DNA from: Desulfosudaceae bacterium
GTDB taxonomy: Bacteria > Desulfobacterota > Desulfobacteria > Desulfobacterales > Desulfosudaceae
DNA length: 64,000 nt
NCBI GenBank assembly: GCA_963674745.2
Contig: CAXXDV010000001.1
Coordinates: 2,528,001-2,592,000 of the forward strand
Direction: 5' to 3'
In this document: one piece after another, positions 8,201-16,513 of the stretch
Layout: every line of letters begins with the position of its first letter
Position numbering within the stretch: the stretch's first letter is position 1
The notes under the pieces: model-generated
What the model was told of the DNA's origin: nothing
Databases searched by the model: none
The model's input: the letters and a program-made list of their open reading frames with translations, nothing else
Translations under genes and position numbers: made by a program

Positions 8201-10844
8201 AAGCGCAGCCATCAGGCAGGATGGGGCTGTCAATGACGCATCCGGTTTCGCCGCCCCGGACTTTAAGCCCGCAGATGTTTTGCCCTCCAACAGCAAAGCA
8301 TATGTAATGATACAGCACCAGAAATTGATGCAACGATTGCTTGATATGCATCAGAGCGTAATGATGCGCTATATGAACGGATTGACTCCCGGCAGTAAAG
8401 TGCCGATATCGGATAGCGCCATCACCGTCGGAGGCCATGCGCTAAATGCAAATGATGTGATCACGCCAGCGCCGGACCGTGTGCGCAGCGGGACTTCTCG
8501 GGTCGCTGAAGATGCCTCTGGCGGTTCTTTGATAGAACCCGTTTCAGGCGGCCCAGCCGGTGCCCCTGGAGAGACGGAGACAAAAGCCGTCCTTCTGCAA
8601 ATCGTCAGTGAGCGAACCGGTTACCCCGAGGATATGCTTGATCTCGATCTGAACCTTGAGGCTGACCTGGGCATTGATTCCATCAAGCGGGTCGAGATAT
8701 TGAACAGCCTGACACAGGTCCTGTTCCCGGAGGGGCATGATGAATCTTTTGAAGAGATCGAAGAGATCACCCAGTCTAAAACGCTGCGTGAAATAATTAC
8801 GCACATTGAAAACTTTATAAGCGCGGCCGGGAATCCCGCCTTGAACAAACCCGTTTCAGGCGGCCCAGCCGGTGCCCCTGGAGAGACGGAGACAAAAGCC
8901 GTCCTTCTGCAAATCGTGAGTGAGCGAACCGGTTACCCCGAGGATATGCTTGATCTCGATCTGAACCTTGAGGCTGACCTGGGCATTGATTCCATCAAGC
9001 GGGTCGAGATATTGAACAGCCTGACACAGGCCCTGTTCCCGGAGGGGCATGATGAATCATTCGAAGAGATCGAAGAGATCACCCAGTCTAAAACGCTGCG
9101 TGAAATAATTACGCACATTGAAAACGTGCTAAACGCGACCGGAAGCATCGGCTCAGGCGATGCGGTAAAACAGCCGCAGGAAATAACCCGCGGCAGTGCC
9201 CCTGAAGACACTGAAAACCGGTCGCTTCCCCGATTCACGTTAACGGCGGTTGAGGCGCCGATTGAGGAAAGCGCGATTGATCTGTCCCGGGACCGGGTGA
9301 TTATTATCACGGATGATGAGCGGGGCGTTGCCCGGTCACTTCAAGATAAATTGACGGCAAAGGGATATAAAGCCGTGACGTTGCGGTGGGGAAAAGAACA
9401 GGGGCATACCAAAGAGCCGGTTTATTTTCTGAATAATAATTTTGCCGAAGAAATAGAAACCGTTGTTAAAACAGTCCAAAAACAGCACGGCAACGTCGGC
9501 GGCCTTATTCACCTTTTTCCCCTTAAGGAATGCCCGTCTTTTCCGGGCATTGATCTGTCGGGCTGGACGGCACGTATCGATTACGAGATAAAATCGCTTT
9601 TCAGCCTTTTAAAATGCCTGGCCCCGGACTTGAGTGATGCGGCTGACAATGGCGGTGCCTGTGTTATGTCGGCCGTCCGTATGGGCGGTACCTTTGCCAG
9701 TGGATTGAGCACCAATAATACGGAATTTTTTCCGGGGCATGGCGGGATCAGTGGTTTGCTGAAAACCGCAGCCATCGAGTTGCCCGGGGTCCGGGTCAAG
9801 TCGGTTGATCTGGACAATAAAGCATCCGTATCGGAAATAGCAGAAAACCTATTCAAAGAAATCGGTGTGGCTGACAACTTTATAGAAATAGGCTATTCCG
9901 GAAAGAAAAGAATGAGACTGGGCCTTCTGGGTTCTTCTCTGGAATCAAGACGGGAGAACGGCCTTCAGATTGATTCGTCATGGGTGATTCTGGTTACCGG
10001 CGGCGCGCGTGGCATAACCGCTCAGATCGTTCTGGAACTGGCCCGAAAGTATCAGCCCAAACTTATTCTGGCCGGCCGCTCTTTGCCACCGCCGGTTGAA
10101 GAACCCGCCCAAACCGCGGGCGTTGAGCAACCCGAGGCGTTAAAAAAGACGATCATTGATAATATGCGGCAGCAGGGCAAGGACTTCTCCCTTGTTGATG
10201 TCGAAAAGGCATACAGGCGGTTGCGCAAAGAACGGGAGATGCGTTCAAACATCTCAGCCATGCGAAGCGCCGGGGCCGAGGTCGAGTACTGTCAGGTCGA
10301 TGTGCGCCACGAAAAAGAATTCGGCGACCTCATTGAAGGGGTATATGAAAAACACGGAAAGATTGATGCGGTCATTCATGGGGCAGGCGTGATCGAAGAT
10401 AAATTGATCAAGGATAAAACACTGGTTTCTTTTGACAGGGTATTGGGCACAAAGACGGAAAGTGCATTCATCCTCAGCAAGAAATTAAGACCTGAATCAC
10501 TGAAGTTGCTTGTTCTGTTTTCATCCGTTGCCGGACGATTCGGAAATCAGGGACAGTGTGATTATGCCGCGGCCAATGAAGTCATTAATAAACTGGCCGT
10601 GTATCTTAACAAGAAGTGGCCCGGAAGGGTCGTTTCAATCAACTGGGGACCGTGGGATAAATCAGGCATGGTCTCTGACGGGCTCAGGGAAGAGTTCGCC
10701 AGAAGAGGCGTCAGGCTGATACCGCCTGCCGCAGGGTCACATTTTATGAATATCGAAATCAAAAAGGGTGAAAAGGGCGAGGTGGAACTGGTTGTCGGCG
10801 ATGGGCCGTGGGGAGCGGTTGAAGATACGTCGCAGGTCCAGTAG
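5271..10844 (+). CDS. Type I iterative PKS, PfaA/HglE-like: KS-AT-ACP-ACP-KR
   Basis: KS DAACASS / DAHATGT / GHTKSTAG; AT FPGQGSQ, GHSYGE, SAFHS; two ACPs with DLGIDSIKRVEI; KR VTGGARGIT, HGAGVIED, YAAAN, WGPW. Confidence 0.95.
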   Translation: MNKMSPSGNKHQPEPCDIAIIGMGCLFPRAADLRAYWENILNKINAIVEVPEDRWDWRQYYSADRHEKDKVYSKWGAFIDDLPFDPLNHGIPPNSLNSIEPLQLLSLEVVKSALEDAGYKHREFPRDRTSVIFGISGSGEHGQKYCFRSSLPMFFGSAAGDIASFHKENLPQWTEDSFPGILTNVTAGRIANRFDLGGVNCTIDAACASSLSALYLSVRELEAGTSDIVIAGGADCTQNPFAYLCFSRTQALSPRGISAPFDDNADGIVLGEGLAAIILKRLSDAERDGDKIYAVIKGVGASSDGRGKSLTAPRREGQIQALKRAYEQAGISPKTVGLIDAHATGTAVGDRVEIESMSEVFLGEGAAAQTCAIGSVKSMIGHTKSTAGLAGLIKVALSLHHKTLPATLNVTMPNKGLTIPGSPFYVNTETKPWLNHTADYPRRAGVSAFGFGGTNYHIVLEEYTRDNSQKSKQKAFSQWPCELFIWKNASSQRLLEVLVPLEGALAQGATPSLKDLAYTVNKAGEASGSGNDGQSINLAVVACSVNDLKDKLNTVIKALQDSRLEIVDTKGIYMSETSALGDGKLAFLFPGQGSQYLNMFWDLVVQFPDMQAWFERAERVVANKLDRPLSSYVFPTKALSKEERGVCEKDLARPQIVQPALGTANVAMYHLLKSLGITPDMAAGHSYGEYVALGAAGVFSADDLIGVAEARGRFITETAGADLGTMAAAGEDKTVVEDIIKDIDGVWIANINSPKQTVISGRSTAVDEAMERLKSKGVATRRFPIGSAFHSPVVAPANELLKDYLSRVKMNRPAIAVYSNTTAQRYPEDTDAIRALLVNHLVSKVDFVNEIETMYNDGARIFIEVGPGRVLSGLVSKILKDRPHLALISNQAGKSGLSQLLHLLGRLIVSGINVNMEKVYEGRALKMIDLDALYRQKDQFGMTPTTWLVNGARSISFKEAMAISPKKVVKPMDLKPESAAIRQDGAVNDASGFAAPDFKPADVLPSNSKAYVMIQHQKLMQRLLDMHQSVMMRYMNGLTPGSKVPISDSAITVGGHALNANDVITPAPDRVRSGTSRVAEDASGGSLIEPVSGGPAGAPGETETKAVLLQIVSERTGYPEDMLDLDLNLEADLGIDSIKRVEILNSLTQVLFPEGHDESFEEIEEITQSKTLREIITHIENFISAAGNPALNKPVSGGPAGAPGETETKAVLLQIVSERTGYPEDMLDLDLNLEADLGIDSIKRVEILNSLTQALFPEGHDESFEEIEEITQSKTLREIITHIENVLNATGSIGSGDAVKQPQEITRGSAPEDTENRSLPRFTLTAVEAPIEESAIDLSRDRVIIITDDERGVARSLQDKLTAKGYKAVTLRWGKEQGHTKEPVYFLNNNFAEEIETVVKTVQKQHGNVGGLIHLFPLKECPSFPGIDLSGWTARIDYEIKSLFSLLKCLAPDLSDAADNGGACVMSAVRMGGTFASGLSTNNTEFFPGHGGISGLLKTAAIELPGVRVKSVDLDNKASVSEIAENLFKEIGVADNFIEIGYSGKKRMRLGLLGSSLESRRENGLQIDSSWVILVTGGARGITAQIVLELARKYQPKLILAGRSLPPPVEEPAQTAGVEQPEALKKTIIDNMRQQGKDFSLVDVEKAYRRLRKEREMRSNISAMRSAGAEVEYCQVDVRHEKEFGDLIEGVYEKHGKIDAVIHGAGVIEDKLIKDKTLVSFDRVLGTKTESAFILSKKLRPESLKLLVLFSSVAGRFGNQGQCDYAAANEVINKLAVYLNKKWPGRVVSINWGPWDKSGMVSDGLREEFARRGVRLIPPAAGSHFMNIEIKKGEKGEVELVVGDGPWGAVEDTSQVQ
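8536..9125 (+). repeat. Near-identical direct repeat encoding the tandem ACP domains (8536-8813 and 8848-9125)
   Basis: Two 278-nt copies at a 312-nt offset; about four substitutions visible by eye. Confidence 0.92.
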
Positions 10845-10881
10845 TTGCTTTATGTCATCATAAGCGTGATAGCAGAGTCTA

Positions 10882-13800
10882 ATGACGGATAACAATAAAA
10901 ACAATACCTCAGCATCAGAAGATATCGCCATTATCGGCATGTCCTGTATTTTTCCGGGTGCTTCAGGGATCGATGAATACTGGCAGAATATTTTATCCTG
11001 TGTCGACTGTATCAGCGACGCCCCTCCTGAAGCGTGGGACCAGGGCGTGCTTTATGACCCCGAAAGTGATGCCAAAGACAGGGTTTATTGTAAACGGGGC
11101 GGGTTCCTTCATGAGAAGGAAAGAATGTTTAATCCGTTGAAGTACGGTATCATGCCCAGCGGTGTAGAAGGCGCGGAGCCGGACCAGTTTCTGGGATTGC
11201 GAGTTGCCCACGAGGCCCTGTCCGACGCAGGGTATCTTGACAACCCTGAAATAAAAGACCGCACCGCGGTCATTCTGGGCAGAGGTTCGTACGTCAATGC
11301 CGGACAGATGAATCTGGTCCAACATGGATGGATTGTTGAACAGACCCTTCAGATATTAAAACGCCTTCATCCCGAGTACGCGGATGACCAGCTGAAAGAA
11401 ATCAAAAATGAGCTCGTATCCGGCCTGCCGCCTTTAATCGCGGAAATCGTACCCGGTCAGGTCCCGAATATTGCGGCCGGTCGTATCGCCAACCGTCTGG
11501 ATTTAAAAGGGCCGAGCTTTACGGTGGATGCCGCGTGCGCGTCTTCACTGATCGCTCTTGATATGGGGCTCAAATCATTGCGCAGCCGTGAATGCGACCT
11601 GGCCATTGTGGGTGGTATGCAGGGCGGCAATACGGTGCTTTCTTATTTAATGTTCTGTCTGATAAAAGCCTTGTCCAGGAGTTCCCGGATCCGGCCGTTT
11701 GATCAAAACGCGGATGGCACGATATTGGGGGAAGGCGTTGGTATGGTGGTTTTGAAACGGTTGGCGGAGGCCGGTAAGGATGGTGACCGCATTTATTCGA
11801 TTGTCAAGGGGATGGGGACAGCCAGCGACGGTCGCGGGATGGGCATATTGGCGCCACGGCTGGAAGGTTCGGCCCTGGCCGTAGAGCGCGCCTATCAGAC
11901 AACCGGCCTTTCCCCTGCCACAATCGGCCTGATGGAAGCCCATGGAACAGCCACAATCGCGGGAGACACAACAGAATTCAGTGCGTTGCATTCGGTCTTC
12001 GGAAACAGGAAGGGGAAATTGCCCCGGTGCGCCATCGGATCGGTCAAGTCGATGATCGGCCATTCGCTGGGCGCGGCCGGTATCGCCGGATTGATCAAGG
12101 CCTCCCTTGCCCTTTATCATAAAGTGCTGCCGCCCACCTTGAACTGTACCGAGCCGAACAGCAAGCTGGGGCTTGACCGGTCCGGTTTTTATATTAATAC
12201 CGAAACCAGGCCCTGGATCCACGGATCTGCGGAAACCCCGAGGCGTGCCGGCGTCAACTGCATGGGGTTCGGCGGCATCAATGCCCACGCGGTGCTTGAG
12301 GAGTATACGGAAAAGAGTGCGGCTCAAACGTCCAGTTGCCATAAACGCTGGGACAGTGAAGTTTTTATTTTTCAGGGAGATTCGCGCCAGACGCTGATCA
12401 GCCGGGCCCGTCAGGTGCTTGATTTCATTTCCGCCTCGCCGGACGTGGATCCAAAAGACCTTGCCTATACATTGAACAGTACGCTTTCGAAAAAGACCTG
12501 CCGTCTTGCCATTGTGGCTTCCGCGATTACGGATTTGGAAAAAAAGCTGGCCAACGCGCTTGAACGTCTGGCCGATCCCGAATGTAAACGCATCATGTCC
12601 CGGGGGGGTGTTTATTTTTTTGCCGAACCATTGAAAAATAATGGTAAACTGGCTTTTCTGTTTCCGGGTGAGGGGTCGCAATACGTTAACATGCTTTCCG
12701 ATCTGTGTATCCATTTTCCTGAAGTAAGAAAACGCTTTGATCGCATTGACGGGATATTCAGCGGGCATTCAAGAGATTTTGTCCCCAGTGATTTTATCTT
12801 TCCGCGTCCGGTATTCAGCGAGACGGATAAAAAGGCCGCCGAAGAAAATTTATTCAAGATGGATGTGGCCGTTGAGGCGGTTTTAACGGCCAACGATGCA
12901 TTGCTTGATATCCTGAACAATCTGGATATCCGTCCGGACGCGGTTCTCGGCCACAGTACGGGGGAATACTCTTCCATGCGGGCCGCCGGAATCCTGAACA
13001 TTACCGACAGTGCGGACAGCGATCAGTACCTCCTTGCCCTGAACAAAAGCTATGAAGAGATAGCCGCAAAGGGCGAAATCCCCCGTGCCGTCCTGGTTGC
13101 CGTGGCCGCGGATTCAGAAAAAGTGGCGTCAATAATTGAGGCAACGGGTGGCCGGTTGTTTATTGCCATGGACAACTGTACCCTTCAGACCGTTATCGCG
13201 GGCGCCCCGGAATATATGGAAGTTGCCGTCAAGGCGTTGAAACGGCAAAGTTTGATGTATCAGACCTTATCTTTTGACAGACCTTATCATACGCCGTTGT
13301 TCAAGGAGTTTGCCGAAGGTCTTTCCCGTTTTTACGACCAGTGGCCTGTCGTCCCCCCCTCGACGCCGATTTATTCCTGTACCACCGGCGACCTGTTCCC
13401 CGATGATGTCACGGCTATTCGCAGGATTGCCGTTGACCACTGGCTCATGCCGGTACGGTTCAGGCAGACAATTGAAAAAATGCACGCCGATAATGTGCGG
13501 CTTTTTGTTGAAGTGGGGCCAAGGGGCAACCTGACGGCATTTGTAAAAGACATTCTCGGCCGCCGGGATCATTTATCGATTGCCCTCAACACGACGCGGC
13601 GTTCCGGGATTACCCAGCTTAATCATGTAGTGGGAATGCTGGTCGCCCACGGTGTGGACGCACGGCTGGATTATCTTTACAGTCGCAGGGATCCCCGAAA
13701 ACTGACATTCGACGGCACCGAAAACGGCCGCACCAAAAGCAATGAATCTAAAGGCATCATGACGTTGTCGCTCCAGTTCCCGCGGATGAAGTTGCGGAAT

Positions 13801-16188
13801 GTCTCCCCGTCTATGAAGCCCCCGGTCGCAGCAGAAGCCGGTATGGAAAAACACTTCAATACATTAACCATGCTGGCACAGACTTTGGGCACAGGCAGTG
13901 AGGACATGAATATCCCTTCCTCTGATGCCGGTTCTCTGGTCATGCAGGAATATGTCAAGACAGTGGAAAAAATCATTGACGTCGAGCAGGCGCTGATGCA
14001 TCAGTTTCTGGATGATACCACGGGAGCAGCATCCCTGCCGCTTCAAGAGCCGGTGGCCAATTCTGGCCAGCCCCAAAAGAGCGTCACCCCGACTGTCGAC
14101 ATGCCTGGCGATGATGATCAGCCGCTTCCTTCTTCCGGCGGGACCGCATTTGAAGATATTAAGTTCAGGCTCCTGGAGCTGGTCGCGGCGTTTACCGGAT
14201 ATCCTTTGGAGATGTTGGACCTTTCGCTGGGCCTGGAGGCCGACCTGGGCATCGATTCGATCAAGAGACTGGAAATACTGGGAAAGTTATGGGACAACAC
14301 GCCGGAGCTGGACTCTGATGATCTTGAGGAAATTGCCGCACTAAAAACGCTTAAAGAGATGATTCAGCGCATCAGTGAAAGTGTTGACGCCAAACGAAGC
14401 CCTCCGGCAGATGCGGAGCCGGGCGTGACGGATAACCCCGGAAACGAGACCGGGGGGATGGCCCGGCCTGATACCGGGCAGCCCCTGATCGACCGGATTG
14501 TTTCATTTGTGCCGAACCAAAAGCTGGAAGCCTTATCGAATTTTGACCTTGATGAGGCGGTTTTTCTTCATCACCATACCATCGGGCGTAAAGTGTCGGC
14601 TACCGATGACAACCTTACTGCTTTACCGGTCATGCCGCTGACCATGAGCATGGAGATACTGGCCGAAGCCGCTTCAATACTTGTGCCCGATAAGGTTCTG
14701 ATCGGGATGAACGATATCAGGGCGTATCGATGGATCGCATTTGAGCAGCCTTCCGTTTCCCTGAAAATCAAAGCCTTTCGAAAGCCCGGAACCAACGAGG
14801 TGAAGGCTGAAATCTGCATTGCTGAAGAAAAGGAACCGGCAACAAAGAACCCGCTTCTGGAAGGCGTGCTGGTTTTTGCCGATAACTACCCGCCGGCACC
14901 GGCCGTTGAGCCTTTTACACTTCAAGGCGAGAGGGCTTCCAGGTGGACGCCGGAAGCGCTTTACGCCAAAGGCATGTTCCACGGTCCGTGCTGGCAAGGT
15001 GTCCAGTCTGTTGATCTCTGGGGTGAGGACGGCACCACGGCGACATTTAAAGTGCTGCCGACGGACGGTTTTTTTCAGTCCAATAAAAGCCCGCAATTTA
15101 TAACAGACCCGGTTGTACTTGATGCTGCCGGGCAAGTCGTCGGCTTCTGGACAATGGAACATCTGGAAGACAACGTTCTTGTATTCCCTTATCGCGCAAA
15201 GCGGCTGCGTATCTTTTGCCCCCGTCCGTCCGTAAACCAGGCGGTCGGTTGCCGGGCCAGGATAAGGCTTATGGATTTTAACCGTGTTTCTTCTGATATT
15301 GACATGATTAATGCGGCGGGAGATCTCTGGATGCGTCTTGAGGAATGGGAGGATAAACGGTTTGACCTGCCGCCGGCCGTGTTGCAATTTCTTCTCTCAC
15401 CCCTTACGGTGATGCCCAGTGAAACCTGGAAAAAGCCTGTTGCCTTATGGGAGAATTCATCTCTATACCATTGCTGCCGTCTTGAACGGCTTTTTACAGG
15501 CGATGATGATTTCTGGAAGATTGTTTTTTCACATCTCATCCTGAATCATAAAGAGAGGCAGGCTTTTTCAAATCTGGGTAAATCAAACACGCGTCAGGTG
15601 CAATGGCTCATGGGAAGGCTGGCAGCCAAAGATGCCGTGCGGAAGATGTTACAACAGGTATATAATATAGTGGCCGGGCCGGCAGATGTCGAAATAGCGC
15701 AGGACGAGTACGGATGCCCGGAGCCGACCGGGAAATGGGAAGACAGGGTTGAAGGCCCTTTGCGGCTTTCTCTTTCTCATACGACAGGCATTGCCGCGGC
15801 GGTTGCGGGCCTTCCGGGTAGCGGAATCGGTATGGGCATAGATGTCGAGTGCCTGGATCTTCGCCGGGAAGGGATTGATAAGATTGCCATGAGCCCGGAA
15901 GATCGCGATCTGTTAAAACCCGTTTCGGCAAATGCTGAAGAAGAATGGGTGCTCCGGATATGGTGCGCCAAGGAGGCTTTAAGCAAGGCCTTAGGGCGTG
16001 GCCTGTTGGGCAAACCAAGGGACCTTATTGTGAAAAAGCTGGATCAGAAAACCGGCGACGTCAGTCTGGAAATATCGGGGGCGTTCGCCAGGGAATTCCC
16101 GGCGCTCAAGGGTATAATACATCAAATTCAAACATTACGTGAAGAAGATATTATAGTCGCCAGTGCAATGATTAACAGAGGAGATTGA
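10882..16188 (+). CDS. Type I PKS: KS-AT-ACP-DH(double hot-dog)-4'-phosphopantetheinyl transferase
   Basis: KS DAACASS / EAHGTAT / GHSLGAAG; AT FPGEGSQ, GHSTGE, RPYHT; ACP DLGIDSI; DH HHTIG...PVMP and DPVVLDAAGQ; Sfp-type PPTase GRLAAKDA, SLSHT, GMGIDVE, WCAKEALSKALG. Confidence 0.92.
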   Translation: MTDNNKNNTSASEDIAIIGMSCIFPGASGIDEYWQNILSCVDCISDAPPEAWDQGVLYDPESDAKDRVYCKRGGFLHEKERMFNPLKYGIMPSGVEGAEPDQFLGLRVAHEALSDAGYLDNPEIKDRTAVILGRGSYVNAGQMNLVQHGWIVEQTLQILKRLHPEYADDQLKEIKNELVSGLPPLIAEIVPGQVPNIAAGRIANRLDLKGPSFTVDAACASSLIALDMGLKSLRSRECDLAIVGGMQGGNTVLSYLMFCLIKALSRSSRIRPFDQNADGTILGEGVGMVVLKRLAEAGKDGDRIYSIVKGMGTASDGRGMGILAPRLEGSALAVERAYQTTGLSPATIGLMEAHGTATIAGDTTEFSALHSVFGNRKGKLPRCAIGSVKSMIGHSLGAAGIAGLIKASLALYHKVLPPTLNCTEPNSKLGLDRSGFYINTETRPWIHGSAETPRRAGVNCMGFGGINAHAVLEEYTEKSAAQTSSCHKRWDSEVFIFQGDSRQTLISRARQVLDFISASPDVDPKDLAYTLNSTLSKKTCRLAIVASAITDLEKKLANALERLADPECKRIMSRGGVYFFAEPLKNNGKLAFLFPGEGSQYVNMLSDLCIHFPEVRKRFDRIDGIFSGHSRDFVPSDFIFPRPVFSETDKKAAEENLFKMDVAVEAVLTANDALLDILNNLDIRPDAVLGHSTGEYSSMRAAGILNITDSADSDQYLLALNKSYEEIAAKGEIPRAVLVAVAADSEKVASIIEATGGRLFIAMDNCTLQTVIAGAPEYMEVAVKALKRQSLMYQTLSFDRPYHTPLFKEFAEGLSRFYDQWPVVPPSTPIYSCTTGDLFPDDVTAIRRIAVDHWLMPVRFRQTIEKMHADNVRLFVEVGPRGNLTAFVKDILGRRDHLSIALNTTRRSGITQLNHVVGMLVAHGVDARLDYLYSRRDPRKLTFDGTENGRTKSNESKGIMTLSLQFPRMKLRNVSPSMKPPVAAEAGMEKHFNTLTMLAQTLGTGSEDMNIPSSDAGSLVMQEYVKTVEKIIDVEQALMHQFLDDTTGAASLPLQEPVANSGQPQKSVTPTVDMPGDDDQPLPSSGGTAFEDIKFRLLELVAAFTGYPLEMLDLSLGLEADLGIDSIKRLEILGKLWDNTPELDSDDLEEIAALKTLKEMIQRISESVDAKRSPPADAEPGVTDNPGNETGGMARPDTGQPLIDRIVSFVPNQKLEALSNFDLDEAVFLHHHTIGRKVSATDDNLTALPVMPLTMSMEILAEAASILVPDKVLIGMNDIRAYRWIAFEQPSVSLKIKAFRKPGTNEVKAEICIAEEKEPATKNPLLEGVLVFADNYPPAPAVEPFTLQGERASRWTPEALYAKGMFHGPCWQGVQSVDLWGEDGTTATFKVLPTDGFFQSNKSPQFITDPVVLDAAGQVVGFWTMEHLEDNVLVFPYRAKRLRIFCPRPSVNQAVGCRARIRLMDFNRVSSDIDMINAAGDLWMRLEEWEDKRFDLPPAVLQFLLSPLTVMPSETWKKPVALWENSSLYHCCRLERLFTGDDDFWKIVFSHLILNHKERQAFSNLGKSNTRQVQWLMGRLAAKDAVRKMLQQVYNIVAGPADVEIAQDEYGCPEPTGKWEDRVEGPLRLSLSHTTGIAAAVAGLPGSGIGMGIDVECLDLRREGIDKIAMSPEDRDLLKPVSANAEEEWVLRIWCAKEALSKALGRGLLGKPRDLIVKKLDQKTGDVSLEISGAFAREFPALKGIIHQIQTLREEDIIVASAMINRGD

Positions 16189-16189
16189 T

Positions 16190-16504
16190 GTGAAAACCGG
16201 AACTGAGGGAGATAACACAGCCAAAAAAAATATCATAGATGATGTTTTGCATATCCTGGAGGAAATGACTTGTGACTGGGATCTGGAGCTTGACGGAGCT
16301 TTAGGCCAGGACACCAGACTCATCGCTGATCTTGAATTTGCTTCAATAGACATCGTGCAGTTTCTCGTCGCCATCGAAGAACACTATCAGCGCCGGGAAT
16401 TCCCCTTCGAGGAACTTGTCATGAAAGACGGCAGATATGTCGACGAAATCCTGGTAGATGACGTCATCACTTTTTTAGACAACCATCTGAACAGGTCATC
16501 CTGA
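16190..16504 (+). CDS. Free-standing acyl carrier protein
   Basis: 104 aa, acidic; DTRLIADLEFASIDIVQF corresponds to the ACP Ser motif; directly follows the PPTase-bearing PKS. Confidence 0.85.
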   Translation: MKTGTEGDNTAKKNIIDDVLHILEEMTCDWDLELDGALGQDTRLIADLEFASIDIVQFLVAIEEHYQRREFPFEELVMKDGRYVDEILVDDVITFLDNHLNRSS

Positions 16505-16513
16505 GGAGGCATA

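Noticed and set aside
11647..12768. Long antisense ORF (373 aa) and similar shadow ORFs throughout the track
   Set aside because: They lie opposite well-supported genes, have no recognisable motifs, and are expected in GC-rich coding DNA.
5271..16188. PUFA synthase (pfaA-E) or heterocyst glycolipid cluster
   Set aside because: No KS-CLF/FabA-type DH protein and no PfaD-type enoyl reductase; only two ACPs on PKS1; the second KS keeps its full catalytic triad.
10882..16188. Enediyne PksE, suggested by the C-terminal PPTase
   Set aside because: This protein has no KR between ACP and DH, and I recognised no hot-dog thioesterase or the conserved enediyne cassette genes.
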